This document shows positions 46,601 through 54,315 of a stretch of 64,000 nt of DNA, in pieces (the first letter of the stretch is position 1; the number at the start of each line of letters is the position of its first letter). The position numbers were made by a program, and so were the translations under genes. This stretch comes from Candidatus Poribacteria bacterium WGA-3G (GTDB taxonomy: Bacteria; Poribacteria; WGA-4E; WGA-3G): positions 15,542-79,541 of the forward strand of contig ASZN01000015.1 in assembly GCA_000406005.1 (NCBI GenBank), read 5' to 3'. The notes under the pieces were generated by a model that was not told the DNA's origin, searched no databases, and saw only the letters and a program-made list of their open reading frames with translations.

Positions 46601-47495
46601 ATCACAGATTACTGTCCGAGGACCAGACGGATCGGAAGTTTCTGGTAACACACAGCAAAACGGTGTAGACACAATCGTGTTTAAATCCGGTGGATTGACG
46701 CTACAAGGACACTATCAGGTTACGGTTACCAGTGTCGGCAACGATTCCGAACAACTCGGATTCGCACCGAGCGATTCCATCACAACGCAATTCCTTTATG
46801 AAACGGATGAACCAACCGCCGCTGTAACCAGTGATGGTGGCGAAACCGAACTCACCGATGAGCCGATCCTTTTTGAAGGCACAGCCTCGGACCCCGAAGG
46901 GACACAGCGAATCGGTGAAGGAGAGATTACTGTTCCGCCATCGCGGGTCTGGCTCGTCGAAATTGTCGGCATCGGCCCAGATGACCAACCGATTGATCCG
47001 GTCCCCGCAGTTGACGATAGCGGCGCACAAGAGGAACCCTGGACCCGTTGGTCCATCGATTTCCTGCCGTCGCGTTCCGGTGAATACGAATTAGATGTCC
47101 GTGTTACCGATAACGCCGGAAATTACGCCGTTTATGATGTCGGCACCTACACGATGTCTGTATCTCTCACCTTCCGCGGTTCGACATTTGGATGGCCAAA
47201 TCCGCTCCGACTCTCAAATCGGGATGTCGCATTCTTCTCATTTGATGTCAATGTACCCCTCGGAGAGACGATTGACATCACTTTGAGCATCTACGACTGG
47301 AGTGGAGACATGGTGCGAACAGAAACATATTCCAATGTTGTATCCGGGCAGCGTAACGATCAATTGGTTAAATGGAATTTGGAGAATCAAGCTGGCACAC
47401 CTGTTGCGAGAGGTCTCTACATCTTCCGTTTAGAAGCCGTCAATGCAGCAGGAAATAGCGCGAACGCTGTCGGTAAAGTGCTTGTCGTTGACTAA
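40635..47495 (+). CDS. Giant secreted Ig-like repeat protein (~2290 aa) with N- and C-terminal FlgD-Ig / T9SS-type sorting-like domains
   Basis: Signal helix ending VWA; FSPNQDG...F.WDG..Q....DGQY; many ~110-aa repeats ending DG.Y.....D.AGN...F.YDT.P; C-terminus WPNP...IYDWSGDMVR...KWNLENQAGTPVARGLYIFRL...GKVLVVD. Start GTG 40635 follows GGAG (alternative ATG 40653). Confidence 0.85.
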   Translation: MSKTKNMSGVTYEPEHKSRNQLKFAIISQIFVCLTMLIGAANVWAVPTLTVTAELTEFSPNQDGVLDTVTVYYSISEAVDQSELQFLLKTGDTETPFGQPVPLAKSEGGHTFRWDGGDQNFKVFPDGQYVLKFQVEAAGSTYSAETNPITIDTQVPIISSVVTNDNLMLVDGVFINSPIHSIQGTADAAGGAPIDLTASETSITVKTQRGATIKGNLSYNQTSLTFAFGNRLDTASENGKYTAAIAVTDRAGNVAQRTLDFTFDNVAPNLTEVAISNGKLIPGDGVSGTLDFVEATLSDNLQNGQDLSDSTIRLTGPNGTVLGRQTQPVANKIRWIFLSPLLARDGLMDGLYTIEINAVDKAGNQTGALQIPFIFDNLPPVVTLGATEESPFTLNQDTIYHAQPLSRIVATFDDAGIGVNLRGDTRIVFGTRNADGGLNTLPGRVVLAQESGQLTYILERPLTSRDGSQDGHYVLNVQATDTLGNTKTYNYDFVYDTQIPALVSTLPAANQTVSELSEVRVVLDETTSGIDFIQSTFRLTHDVNGEVPVNLTSNGTDAATLTLAQPIALDGSDEGTYTIEISPTDLAGNVGVTVQREFYFVSQIRPEIRLTMPETKTVNNLTTVTAELTGYIGAGIDFDASTLTVSNAQGTLITQTEPEHDSVNNLLIWNIDGTIPRDGSADGEYTVTATFVDFTGQRLTQQFQLSFDTRIPAVTSVLIGGKLGVIVYVNGDASDIVANFADLSGAGLDLDEGGSTISVTSAEGLPIPGITTANGTDQLTWIPIVLPTNGSADGSYTVIVTPKDKAGRQGDVTYRQFVYDTQEPRITDATPISLTQPVTYIGGILSQFQFTVEDVGPAGLELSEQTIELLDPQGDSVSATLTFDEISSQLYLTLDSPLAQDGSADGEYKVKLPLVDRSGNVSDSEHVFVYDSQVPRISSVSINTESSLELLPQEIAEVSESISSITLQFEEATRVDFANTVVSLIGPDGQPIPINISPDGLTQLTARFVALTQAGLYTLSVTPQDIAGNVAQGALQYAFRLDFVLPSVSVVELGAQIGDVVFLNDSNTTIVATLIDGTGSGLALGDGGSSVVVTGPSEAVVPGQTRTIGTNQLVWQPISLPTDGSADGRYTVTITPIDQAGRQGDVVHREFIYDTEVPRITASSPLTLSQPVSYISGGLDQFSFTVEDVGPADLLLESQTIELIDSADGVVPATLTFDELTNQLYLTLATPFARDGSVDGAYTMRLSLVDRAGNVLNVGHTLIYDSQAPQLALVMADTETPIELIPQSTTEILEPVSSITLHFDEATRVDFANTVVTLVSSGASTTTGGTEVVEIPITLQDNGTSQMTVRFVELNQLDTYLLSVTPQDIAGNVSPAPTNYTFVLDIPLPVVSSVVIGDIETAAGGDVVYINASNTIIGAVLEDPSETGLDFSNDGSKITVADTDNLIVRGVTGANGVDLLIWEPATFTTDGTTDGRYGVYVTPVDKAGREGNIVYREFIYDTQEPEISDAEPIDLSQPVSYISESLRQFRFTVADVGPADLVLADQIVSLRDASGNLVPARLTNDTGNQVFLTLDQPLPRDGSMDGEYTVVIAFADRAGNALNIEHTLIYDTQAPTVVSTVPANGAFLTEDITQIQVTLNDEGGSEIDWSMTTITLVNPSGQQIAGELVNNGTTTLTLSTNQLVEDGQYIVRVQAIDRAGNGGVTSLDRSFVLSRSLPVITSTEPRTAPADEAFTNEEIEQIEVNLETDDANHLSTLRLLNPANQVVAGKQERASGRLIYNLVRPLATDGSEDGIYTIEFTPISASGRSGEVQRLTFTYDTQAPEIESDDAIQFVVAESAGNNSLTEIRVTPTDDTSGIDWENLDDAWVTFQQMSPNRAKVSGRVSEDRQGTLIFLLTVPLADNGSADGEYQITVNPVDRAGNDDEPYERVFVYDTRPPMIDVSTLLINEVPLLVDIDAENYPSAISTTGGVVIQVSIFDTGLGVNLTQSQITVRGPDGSEVSGNTQQNGVDTIVFKSGGLTLQGHYQVTVTSVGNDSEQLGFAPSDSITTQFLYETDEPTAAVTSDGGETELTDEPILFEGTASDPEGTQRIGEGEITVPPSRVWLVEIVGIGPDDQPIDPVPAVDDSGAQEEPWTRWSIDFLPSRSGEYELDVRVTDNAGNYAVYDVGTYTMSVSLTFRGSTFGWPNPLRLSNRDVAFFSFDVNVPLGETIDITLSIYDWSGDMVRTETYSNVVSGQRNDQLVKWNLENQAGTPVARGLYIFRLEAVNAAGNSANAVGKVLVVD

Positions 47496-47591
47496 GTTTG
47501 TAACCCCGCTCGCAGTGCCTATTATTTCGGAAAAAACACAAAAAATACGTACGTCCAAGCAGATACCAAAAAGTTAGGATAAGGAGAACTC

Positions 47592-48572
47592 ATGATACTG
47601 AAAAGGGGAGCCGTTCTAATCGCAATGGCACTTCTCATAATAACCGCACCGGCTCAAAGCGCCCACGCAGTTGATATTCACGATGGCGCAGGAACAACGG
47701 GTGCCGCATTCCTCAAAATTGAAGGCGGCACCCGGCCCGCTGGATTGGGTGGCGCATTCACTGGACTTGCCAACGACATCAATACCATCTTTTGGAATCC
47801 AGCAGGGTTGACCGCTGTCCACGACCGAGAATTGACAGCGATGCAACACTTCTCGTTTGCCGAAATTAACAACCAAACCATCGGATACGCACAGCGCTTA
47901 GAACGGATCGTCTGGGGCGCCAGTTTCCTCGGAAGTTTCACAGAGATTGAACGACGACAGGGACCGACTGAAGACCCAGATAGCACCGTAACGGTCGGTG
48001 GGTTTGCTACAGGCTTATCTCTCGCTTATCCACTCAGTACGGCACTATCCATCGGTGGGACAGCAAAAATAATCTCAGAGCAATTAGATATTCAGAATGC
48101 CTACGGCGTTGCAGCGGATGTCGGAATCATCTTGCAACTGCTTGATAATCATCTCGGTATCGGCGTGGCTGTTCAGAATGCAGGGATTTTAGGGGGCGGC
48201 GAAAACTTACCGATGGCAGTCCGCGCAGGACTCGCTTACAGAATGTGGAAAGAAGGGGCTGCAGAGGCTGAAGAACCGATGCCTGTGCACGAGGTCTGGG
48301 CATTGGTCGCAGACGCACATCTTCCGCTCATTGACGCAAATCCGAGCTTTCATGTCGGTATAGAGCGGTGGTTTTACGAGAGCATCGCTGCACGTATCGG
48401 TTACCGAATCGGTATGAACGAGAACCCAAGCGACGGTTTGTCTCTCGGTATCGGCGTACGCCGCAGCGGTGAGGACGTATTGGCGAATATTGACTTCCAA
48501 TTTGATTACGCTTTTGTACCCGATGCCTATCTCGGAAACGCGCATCGCGTCTCTTTCATCACGCGCTTCTAA
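47592..48572 (+). CDS. PorV/PorQ-family outer membrane beta-barrel
   Basis: Signal peptide; GAAFLKIEGGTRPAGLGGAFTGLANDINTIFWNPAGL; C-terminal FQFDYAF...NAHRVSFITRF. RBS AAGGAG. Confidence 0.8.
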   Translation: MILKRGAVLIAMALLIITAPAQSAHAVDIHDGAGTTGAAFLKIEGGTRPAGLGGAFTGLANDINTIFWNPAGLTAVHDRELTAMQHFSFAEINNQTIGYAQRLERIVWGASFLGSFTEIERRQGPTEDPDSTVTVGGFATGLSLAYPLSTALSIGGTAKIISEQLDIQNAYGVAADVGIILQLLDNHLGIGVAVQNAGILGGGENLPMAVRAGLAYRMWKEGAAEAEEPMPVHEVWALVADAHLPLIDANPSFHVGIERWFYESIAARIGYRIGMNENPSDGLSLGIGVRRSGEDVLANIDFQFDYAFVPDAYLGNAHRVSFITRF

Positions 48573-48573
48573 G

Positions 48574-48691
48574 GGTTGTCAGTACTCAGTTGTCAGTACT
48601 CAGTTAAAGAGGTATCTTGTGGCAGTAGCAGGAAAAAGAACCACTGCAAATAATCTCTTAACTGACAACTGGTAACTGACAACTGGTAACT
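48574..48691. repeat. Heptamer-armed palindromic element filling the gap between convergent genes
   Basis: Left GGTTGTC-AGTACTC-AGTTGTC-AGTACTC-AGTTAAAGAG; right CTCTTAACT-GACAACT-GGTAACT-GACAACT-GGTAACT. Confidence 0.8.
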
Positions 48692-48692
48692 A

Positions 48693-49811
48693 TTACACAC
48701 TCGCTTCAAGCATCCGTTCGATCGGTGTTCGTGCTTTGTCGATAGTTTCAGGACTGAGCGTAATCTCGAATTCGCTGAGATCGTCCTTCTGATCGATCGC
48801 TTCGAGAATATTGGCGATCTTATTCAGGTTCACGCGTGCCATGTGTGAGCATCGAACTGAGCAGGCTGTCCAGAATTGGACTTCTGGGAACTCTTGAGCG
48901 AGGTTAGAGGTTAATTCGCACTCCGAAGCAACAAAAGCACGTTCGAGACCGTTTGACGCGACACGTGCCGCAATATCTTTCATAATCTGGCTGGTGCTAC
49001 CGTAAAAATCTGCCTCTTTCAAGACATCCGGACGGCACTCCCAGTGCGCATAGAGTTTACGGTGTGCATGCCTTTTCGGAATTTCAAAGGATTCACGGAT
49101 CGCGAGTAGATCGTCGAGGGTAAATTTTTCGTGGACTTCACAGACCGCACCGCGGGCAGTATTGTCTTTGCCGGGATAGACGATGTTTTTCTCATCTCTC
49201 AACTCTTCTTCCAAATTCTGCGCGAAAAAAATATCGGGGACAAAGATGAGGGTATCCCCAGGCATAGTTTTCGCGATGTGGGCTGCATTGGCTGACGTAC
49301 AGCAGATATCCGACTCCGCCTTCGCATCGGCGTAACTATTGATGTAGATCATTACCGGCGCGCCAGGGTAGAGCGATTTTAGGTGCCTAACATCCTCGGC
49401 ACCGAAATTATCGGCGAGTGAGCAACCCGCTGACTTGTCGGCAACTAACACCGTTTTACTCGGATTCAGAATCTTTGCTGTTTCCGCCATAAAAGGGACA
49501 CCGTTAAAGATGAGATACGGGGACTCTGTGTTTGCGGCGTACATGCTCAAACCCAGTGAATCGCCTTGCTCCTCTTTTTCTGACAATCCGAAGACAAGCG
49601 GCTCCATATAGTTGTGACCAAGCATCACAACGTTATGTTTCTGTTTAAGGGTACGTATTTTGTGGATGGTCCTTGCGTGCGCCTCTATGTCAAGAAACGT
49701 TAAACTGGGGTGATGACGATTGTACAGCTCCTGCTTAACGTCCTCAATACTGAGGTCCGTCGTACAGTTGGGTACATCTGTCGCGTGCGGAGTATCTCCG
49801 TTAGAATGCAT
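48693..49811 (-). CDS. nadA: Quinolinate synthase
   Basis: LGHNYM, GDSL, VPFMAETAKILNP, AGCSLA, YINS.A..KA.SDICCTS.NA, CEVH, AHWEC, GSTS, C.HM. Start uncertain (49811 or 49832). Confidence 0.92.
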   Translation of the reverse strand: MHSNGDTPHATDVPNCTTDLSIEDVKQELYNRHHPSLTFLDIEAHARTIHKIRTLKQKHNVVMLGHNYMEPLVFGLSEKEEQGDSLGLSMYAANTESPYLIFNGVPFMAETAKILNPSKTVLVADKSAGCSLADNFGAEDVRHLKSLYPGAPVMIYINSYADAKAESDICCTSANAAHIAKTMPGDTLIFVPDIFFAQNLEEELRDEKNIVYPGKDNTARGAVCEVHEKFTLDDLLAIRESFEIPKRHAHRKLYAHWECRPDVLKEADFYGSTSQIMKDIAARVASNGLERAFVASECELTSNLAQEFPEVQFWTACSVRCSHMARVNLNKIANILEAIDQKDDLSEFEITLSPETIDKARTPIERMLEASV

Positions 49812-49968
49812 GCTGATCACGCTCCAAGTCAATCGCTAATAGATAGGGTTTATCTTAAAAAATCCATAAACTGCAGACACCATTAGCGATTCTTTTGTTA
49901 TCAGTTCTATTAGGATACACTTAAAACAATTTCTTTGTCAAGCCCTAATATACCAAAATATCATACCA

Positions 49969-50682
49969 ATGCGAAATTTTTGTCAAATTTTCTCTAAAAA
50001 AATAAAAAAAATATCTGCTTTCGCGCTTGTACTCTGCCTCGTATACGGGTTAACACCCGCTGCGGAGGGTATTTCGGCAAAATTAAGAGGGAAAATTGCG
50101 TTGGGAGTCATTCTGTCCGGCGTTGCATACACAACACACGCACTTATTAAGCGCGATAGACAGGCAGCAGAGAAACTACGACGTCATCTCGGTGTACCTG
50201 AACGTGTCGTCGAATTTGAACGTGGATTTGATTTCTGGCGTATTGAGCATTATGCGGATCGGCACTATATTTTTCGCAATAACCGCTTGCTGACTATAGT
50301 AAAACGTGCAACTAACGATACACCTATAGGAAACGGGGTTACAAACCCTGAAGAAACACCCCACCAAAAACCCTGCTGTGCTTATAATGTGCCGCTGGAT
50401 TCAGGCGTGCGGTTTGGTTGGCAAGCTGGAAGTTTGGAAGAGATTGGTTGGAAGAGTGGAAGAATGGAAGAGTGGGGACCCATCCTTCCGATCTTCCGAT
50501 CTTCCAGTCCAGTCCCTTCCAATTTTTTACCTTTTCTTACTGATATGCCCGTTTCAGGGAACCCCAGGTGGTCGCGACTTTACCTTTTGGACTCACTGCG
50601 AGTCCCTCAACTTGTATTTTCCGATCCTGGTCGGTTGGCAATCGAACGTTCGCTTGATCCGCTATTGTGGCTTTCACATTAG
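49969..50682 (+). CDS. Hypothetical secreted or membrane protein whose 3' half runs through repeat elements
   Basis: The first ~115 aa have signal- and TM-like segments. The ORF then crosses repeats at 50334-50376 and 50426-50525 and overlaps the convergent gene. Confidence 0.5.
   Translation: MRNFCQIFSKKIKKISAFALVLCLVYGLTPAAEGISAKLRGKIALGVILSGVAYTTHALIKRDRQAAEKLRRHLGVPERVVEFERGFDFWRIEHYADRHYIFRNNRLLTIVKRATNDTPIGNGVTNPEETPHQKPCCAYNVPLDSGVRFGWQAGSLEEIGWKSGRMEEWGPILPIFRSSSPVPSNFLPFLTDMPVSGNPRWSRLYLLDSLRVPQLVFSDPGRLAIERSLDPLLWLSH
50334..50376 (-). repeat. Inverted copy of the interior of the 30547-30661 element
   Basis: 42 of 43 nt match the reverse complement of 30569-30611. Confidence 0.85.
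50426..50525. repeat. Palindromic element with GGAAG-rich and CTTCC-rich tandem arms
   Basis: GGAAGAGT/GGAAGAAT units on the left; ATCTTCCG/ATCTTCCA units on the right. Confidence 0.7.
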
Positions 50683-51211
50683 TCGTCACGAAAATTGCGT
50701 CTATCATGGTTGCATCTTCGCGCGTGGCGATACGTAAGGTCGTTTCACCGGCTTGCTTGAACTTCCATTCCCTTTCAAACGTTCCACCGTCTAACCAATG
50801 ATTGATGCGGTCCCAGTGCCAGACGGCACCTCCTGCGACACCCCAGCGAAACTCTGTGTTACCGGTTTGCTGCGCATTTTCATCCGGGTCCGCAGGCATC
50901 CAATTTACCCAGAAAGAGTCGCTATTGCCATCCCACGCGATGACGTGTCCCCACAACGCATAATCACCCGGTTCCGGAATATTGATGATAAAATTCGCGT
51001 GTCCTCTATCGCCACCGCCAGTGAGAGGTTCCCCCTCCATCCAGATAAATTTTCCGTCAGAGGCGTTATCATCGTCAGCAATAATCATCGGATCCACAAT
51101 TTCATTCGCCAGTTCTGCCTCGAGCGCAATTTCGACCTCTGCATTGAGTCCAACAATTCCGAATAAAAAAACAGTTAATATGCTCAGTGTCAATATTGTT
51201 ATGTATTTCAC
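50537..51211 (-). CDS. Secreted protein with putative carbohydrate-binding (CBM6/35-like) domain and C-terminal ATTWG motif
   Basis: Signal peptide; LEAE, ASDGKFIW, PGDYALWG, DGNSDSF, REDATMIDAI; ends AVSPKGKVATTWGSLKRAYQ. GTG start after AGGAGG. Confidence 0.7.
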   Translation of the reverse strand: MKYITILTLSILTVFLFGIVGLNAEVEIALEAELANEIVDPMIIADDDNASDGKFIWMEGEPLTGGGDRGHANFIINIPEPGDYALWGHVIAWDGNSDSFWVNWMPADPDENAQQTGNTEFRWGVAGGAVWHWDRINHWLDGGTFEREWKFKQAGETTLRIATREDATMIDAIFVTTNVKATIADQANVRLPTDQDRKIQVEGLAVSPKGKVATTWGSLKRAYQ

Positions 51212-51286
51212 TGAAAACCTCCTTTCTACTGTCTGAAATACGCGGGCAGCTCTGTCAAACCGCCCGCGGTAGATTAAGTCAATAGC

Positions 51287-51940
51287 CTATCGTCCGGCTT
51301 TAAGCTCTCCCCACGTTGTAGCGAGTTTGCCTTGCGGTTCGACAGGTGTAAGAGAATCTTCCGGAAGTGGATCGCGAGGACCGACTTCGGCTTCGTCCTC
51401 AGAGAGATTGTCGGTGATGTAGATGACATCTAACATCGTCGCATCTTCTCGGACTGCGATACGCAAGATGGTGTCTCCTGCTGCATCGATCTCCCATTCG
51501 CGTTCAAATGTACCGCCGTCGAGCCAGTGGTTAATTCGATCCCAGTGCCACTCGCTACCTCCTGCGACCCCCCAACGAAACTCTGTATTGCCAGTTTCTT
51601 GGGAATTTTCGTCTGAGTCCATAGGCATCCAATTGACCCAGAAGGAGTCGCTATTGCCATCCCAGGCGAGGACTTTACCCCAGAGCGCGTATATACCAGG
51701 TTCCGGAATATGGATATTAAACGTCACCGAACCCGCATCACCACCACCCGTGAGCGGTTCACCCTCCGCCCAGACGAATTGTCCGCCGGAGGCGTTTGGA
51801 TCGTCGGCAATGATCATCGGTTCTTCGATCATATCTGCCATTTCTGCCTCGATCGCCCTATCATAGCCGTAACCGATACCGCTTGTTAGCAGTAAACCAA
51901 AGATAAAAAGTGTACCTAAGACCAATGTCTTGAAACGCAT
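51287..51940 (-). CDS. Tandem paralog of 50537..51211 with C-terminal ATTWG motif
   Basis: Same domain; ends PVEPQGKLATTWGELKAGR. Confidence 0.7.
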   Translation of the reverse strand: MRFKTLVLGTLFIFGLLLTSGIGYGYDRAIEAEMADMIEEPMIIADDPNASGGQFVWAEGEPLTGGGDAGSVTFNIHIPEPGIYALWGKVLAWDGNSDSFWVNWMPMDSDENSQETGNTEFRWGVAGGSEWHWDRINHWLDGGTFEREWEIDAAGDTILRIAVREDATMLDVIYITDNLSEDEAEVGPRDPLPEDSLTPVEPQGKLATTWGELKAGR

Positions 51941-51957
51941 ACGAAGTCTCCTTTTCT

Positions 51958-52026
51958 GAGTTGTCAGTTATTGATTAAAGAGGCATCTGATTTGTGTCAG
52001 AAATTCCACTTTTTGCGTAAGTCCTA
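51958..52026. repeat. Composite repeat: heptamer left arm plus TGCGTAAGTCCTA half-site
   Basis: GAGTTGTCAGTTATTGATTAAAGAGG at 51958-51983 and TGCGTAAGTCCTA at 52014-52026. Confidence 0.65.
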
Positions 52027-52028
52027 AT

Positions 52029-52997
52029 TTATTCAACTTGTGAGGTTCGGATTCTGCCCCATAGTTGGATTTGTAATTGAGATGGCTCTATAGGAAGCGC
52101 GTCTAAACTGTTGCGCCATTTCGGTTGTGCTGCCCATGCACCGTTATCAATCAATTCGCGGCGTTCACTGCCATCAGCATGCATGAGGTGGACAACCCAT
52201 CTGCCGTCCTTCTCAAATTGGAAAGCGATGAACTCACCATCAGGTGACCATCCCGGAACCGCCTCATCTGTCGGTGTATCCGTGAGCGCGGTTTTGTTTC
52301 CGCCGTCTTCCGCATCCATAATATACAGGTCGAAGTCGGCAAGATCTACTTCTCGGTGCATCGCGGCATAGACAATCCGGGTGCCATCAGGCGACCAAGC
52401 CGCATAAGTATCCATCAACGGTTGGTCTGTTAATCGCCGTTCAACTCGGCTATGGATGTCAACAACGTATATATCCCAGTTGAATTCCCGTTTTGAGTGG
52501 AAAACAAGGGCATTTCCGTCAGGCGACCACGCCGGTGCCTCATCTTGAAACGGGTTTTCGGTGAGATGTTCCACCTCACCGTTCGTGAAATGAAACAGAT
52601 AGATGTCGAAATGTCCACCTCGGTTTGATCCGAAGGCGAGGCGAGTACCGTCAGGCGACCACGCCGGTGCTTTATCCGTCGCAGGGTGATGCGTCAACCG
52701 TTGCTGATGCGTCCCATCCGACTGCATCACGTAAATCTCGTGGTTCCCGTCGCGACGAGAAAAAAAAGCGATTTGGGTGCTATCGGGTGACCAGGTCGGA
52801 TAGTAATCCGCTGCTGGATTGTGCGTTAGATTGATGGGCTGCTTTCCGGTTGTGTCTGTCAGGTAGATTTCCCAATCACCGCTCACGTCCGAGGAGAACG
52901 CAATCGGCACCGGTGAAGGCAGTTGACAGAAAGCACTACCAATTAATACGAAAAACATCATCAAAAAACTACCATAACATACTAACAAAATTCGCAT
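52029..52997 (-). CDS. Secreted PD40/TolB-like beta-propeller protein with a degenerate C-terminal WG motif
   Basis: Repeats of PAWSPDG..(I/L)AF.S.R.G..(E/D)IY; ends PIEPSQLQIQLWGRIRTSQVE. Confidence 0.88.
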   Translation of the reverse strand: MRILLVCYGSFLMMFFVLIGSAFCQLPSPVPIAFSSDVSGDWEIYLTDTTGKQPINLTHNPAADYYPTWSPDSTQIAFFSRRDGNHEIYVMQSDGTHQQRLTHHPATDKAPAWSPDGTRLAFGSNRGGHFDIYLFHFTNGEVEHLTENPFQDEAPAWSPDGNALVFHSKREFNWDIYVVDIHSRVERRLTDQPLMDTYAAWSPDGTRIVYAAMHREVDLADFDLYIMDAEDGGNKTALTDTPTDEAVPGWSPDGEFIAFQFEKDGRWVVHLMHADGSERRELIDNGAWAAQPKWRNSLDALPIEPSQLQIQLWGRIRTSQVE

Positions 52998-53142
52998 TTT
53001 TTGTCTATATTTTTTAAATTATACCATTTCTGTTAATAAATCTCTCTTTACGTAGAACAAACTGTTAGTTTGTTGCGCAGTGTTACACATTTTACGAAAA
53101 CCGATAATGTGATAACATCGTTTAGAAATGGTATAACAACTA

Positions 53143-54201
53143 TTAAAACTTTCCGTCACGCACTTCAAAATGCGTCGGTTTATGGAGCGTTGGACCACCG
53201 ATCCGAACCCATTCCGCCATCCATTCAATCATCTGTCCTAAAGAGACGCGCGGGTATCCAAAAAGTCGGTGGCATCGAGCGGCGTTGCTTAACAGGGCCG
53301 TTTGTGATTCCTCACCGTCAAAACGTGGCGATTTATTGAAAATTTCGCCGAAACGCACCGCAAGATACCGGATAGAGACAGTCTCCGGCCCCGTTACATT
53401 GAGAACCAACGGTGGACTCTGTGCGTGCGCAAGGACTCGTAACGCCACTCCGTTCGCATCGCCTTGCCATATCACGTTCACATTGCCCATTTCCAGTGAA
53501 ATGGGGTCTTCCGTATAAACTTTTTCCGCGATGTCTAACAGAATCCCGTAGCGGAGGTCTATCGCATAATTGAGGCGCAGGATTGCCATCGGTGTGCCGA
53601 ATTGCGACGAAAAATGCGTACATATCCGTTCACGACTCAGACACGATTGCGCGTATTCACCAATCGGTGCAACCGGTGAACTCTCAGTAGCACCGCTGTG
53701 AGAGACCGGTGTCAGCGGGTAGACATTCCCCGTCGAAAAGATGACCAACCGAGCGTTACGAAACTTTTCCGCGATCCGTCCCGGCATATAGCCGTTCATT
53801 GCCCACGTCAGACTTTCATTACCCGTTGAACCGAACTTCCGACCCGCCATCAGAATGACATTTTCGGTCTCAGGTAAGTTTTGTAGGTCGTTTTCGGAAA
53901 GTAGATCCGCTGTAATCGTTTCGATACCAGCTGTTTGCAAATCTTCTCGCACATTCGGTGTCGAAAATCTGGAGACACCTATCACCTTTTTAGCAACCCT
54001 CGCACGCTCGATGGCGAATTTTGCCTGTTTAGCGAGTGTTGGACCCATCTTCCCACCAACACCGAGGATAAGGATATCGCCTTCCAGTGCAGCAACCGCT
54101 TCTATCACTTCACTTGTCGGGTCGGACAGGTATGATTCTAACTGGCGTTCTGTCTGTATCAATGTGCCATGCAAATTTAGCGATGATTGCGGACGTTCCA
54201 T
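53143..54201 (-). CDS. NAD-dependent epimerase/dehydratase family protein
   Basis: ILILGVGGKMG, MAGRKFG, STGNVY, GEYAQSC, LRLNYA. Confidence 0.85.
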   Translation of the reverse strand: MERPQSSLNLHGTLIQTERQLESYLSDPTSEVIEAVAALEGDILILGVGGKMGPTLAKQAKFAIERARVAKKVIGVSRFSTPNVREDLQTAGIETITADLLSENDLQNLPETENVILMAGRKFGSTGNESLTWAMNGYMPGRIAEKFRNARLVIFSTGNVYPLTPVSHSGATESSPVAPIGEYAQSCLSRERICTHFSSQFGTPMAILRLNYAIDLRYGILLDIAEKVYTEDPISLEMGNVNVIWQGDANGVALRVLAHAQSPPLVLNVTGPETVSIRYLAVRFGEIFNKSPRFDGEESQTALLSNAARCHRLFGYPRVSLGQMIEWMAEWVRIGGPTLHKPTHFEVRDGKF

Positions 54202-54315
54202 CGTTCTTTCCAAATTGCGTCTGTTGTCGGATAAGGTATGAAACCACATCGTAGCAAATTTTCGTTTTTATTTCAACACCAAAGCGTTAATTTCGATTCG
54301 GATACCTGTTGCGTC

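Noticed and set aside
48574-48691. CRISPR array suggested by short periodic repeats (also 13509-13554 and 61341-61421)
   Set aside because: Units are 7-29 bp, tandem or inverted, without unique 30-40 bp spacers; no cas genes.
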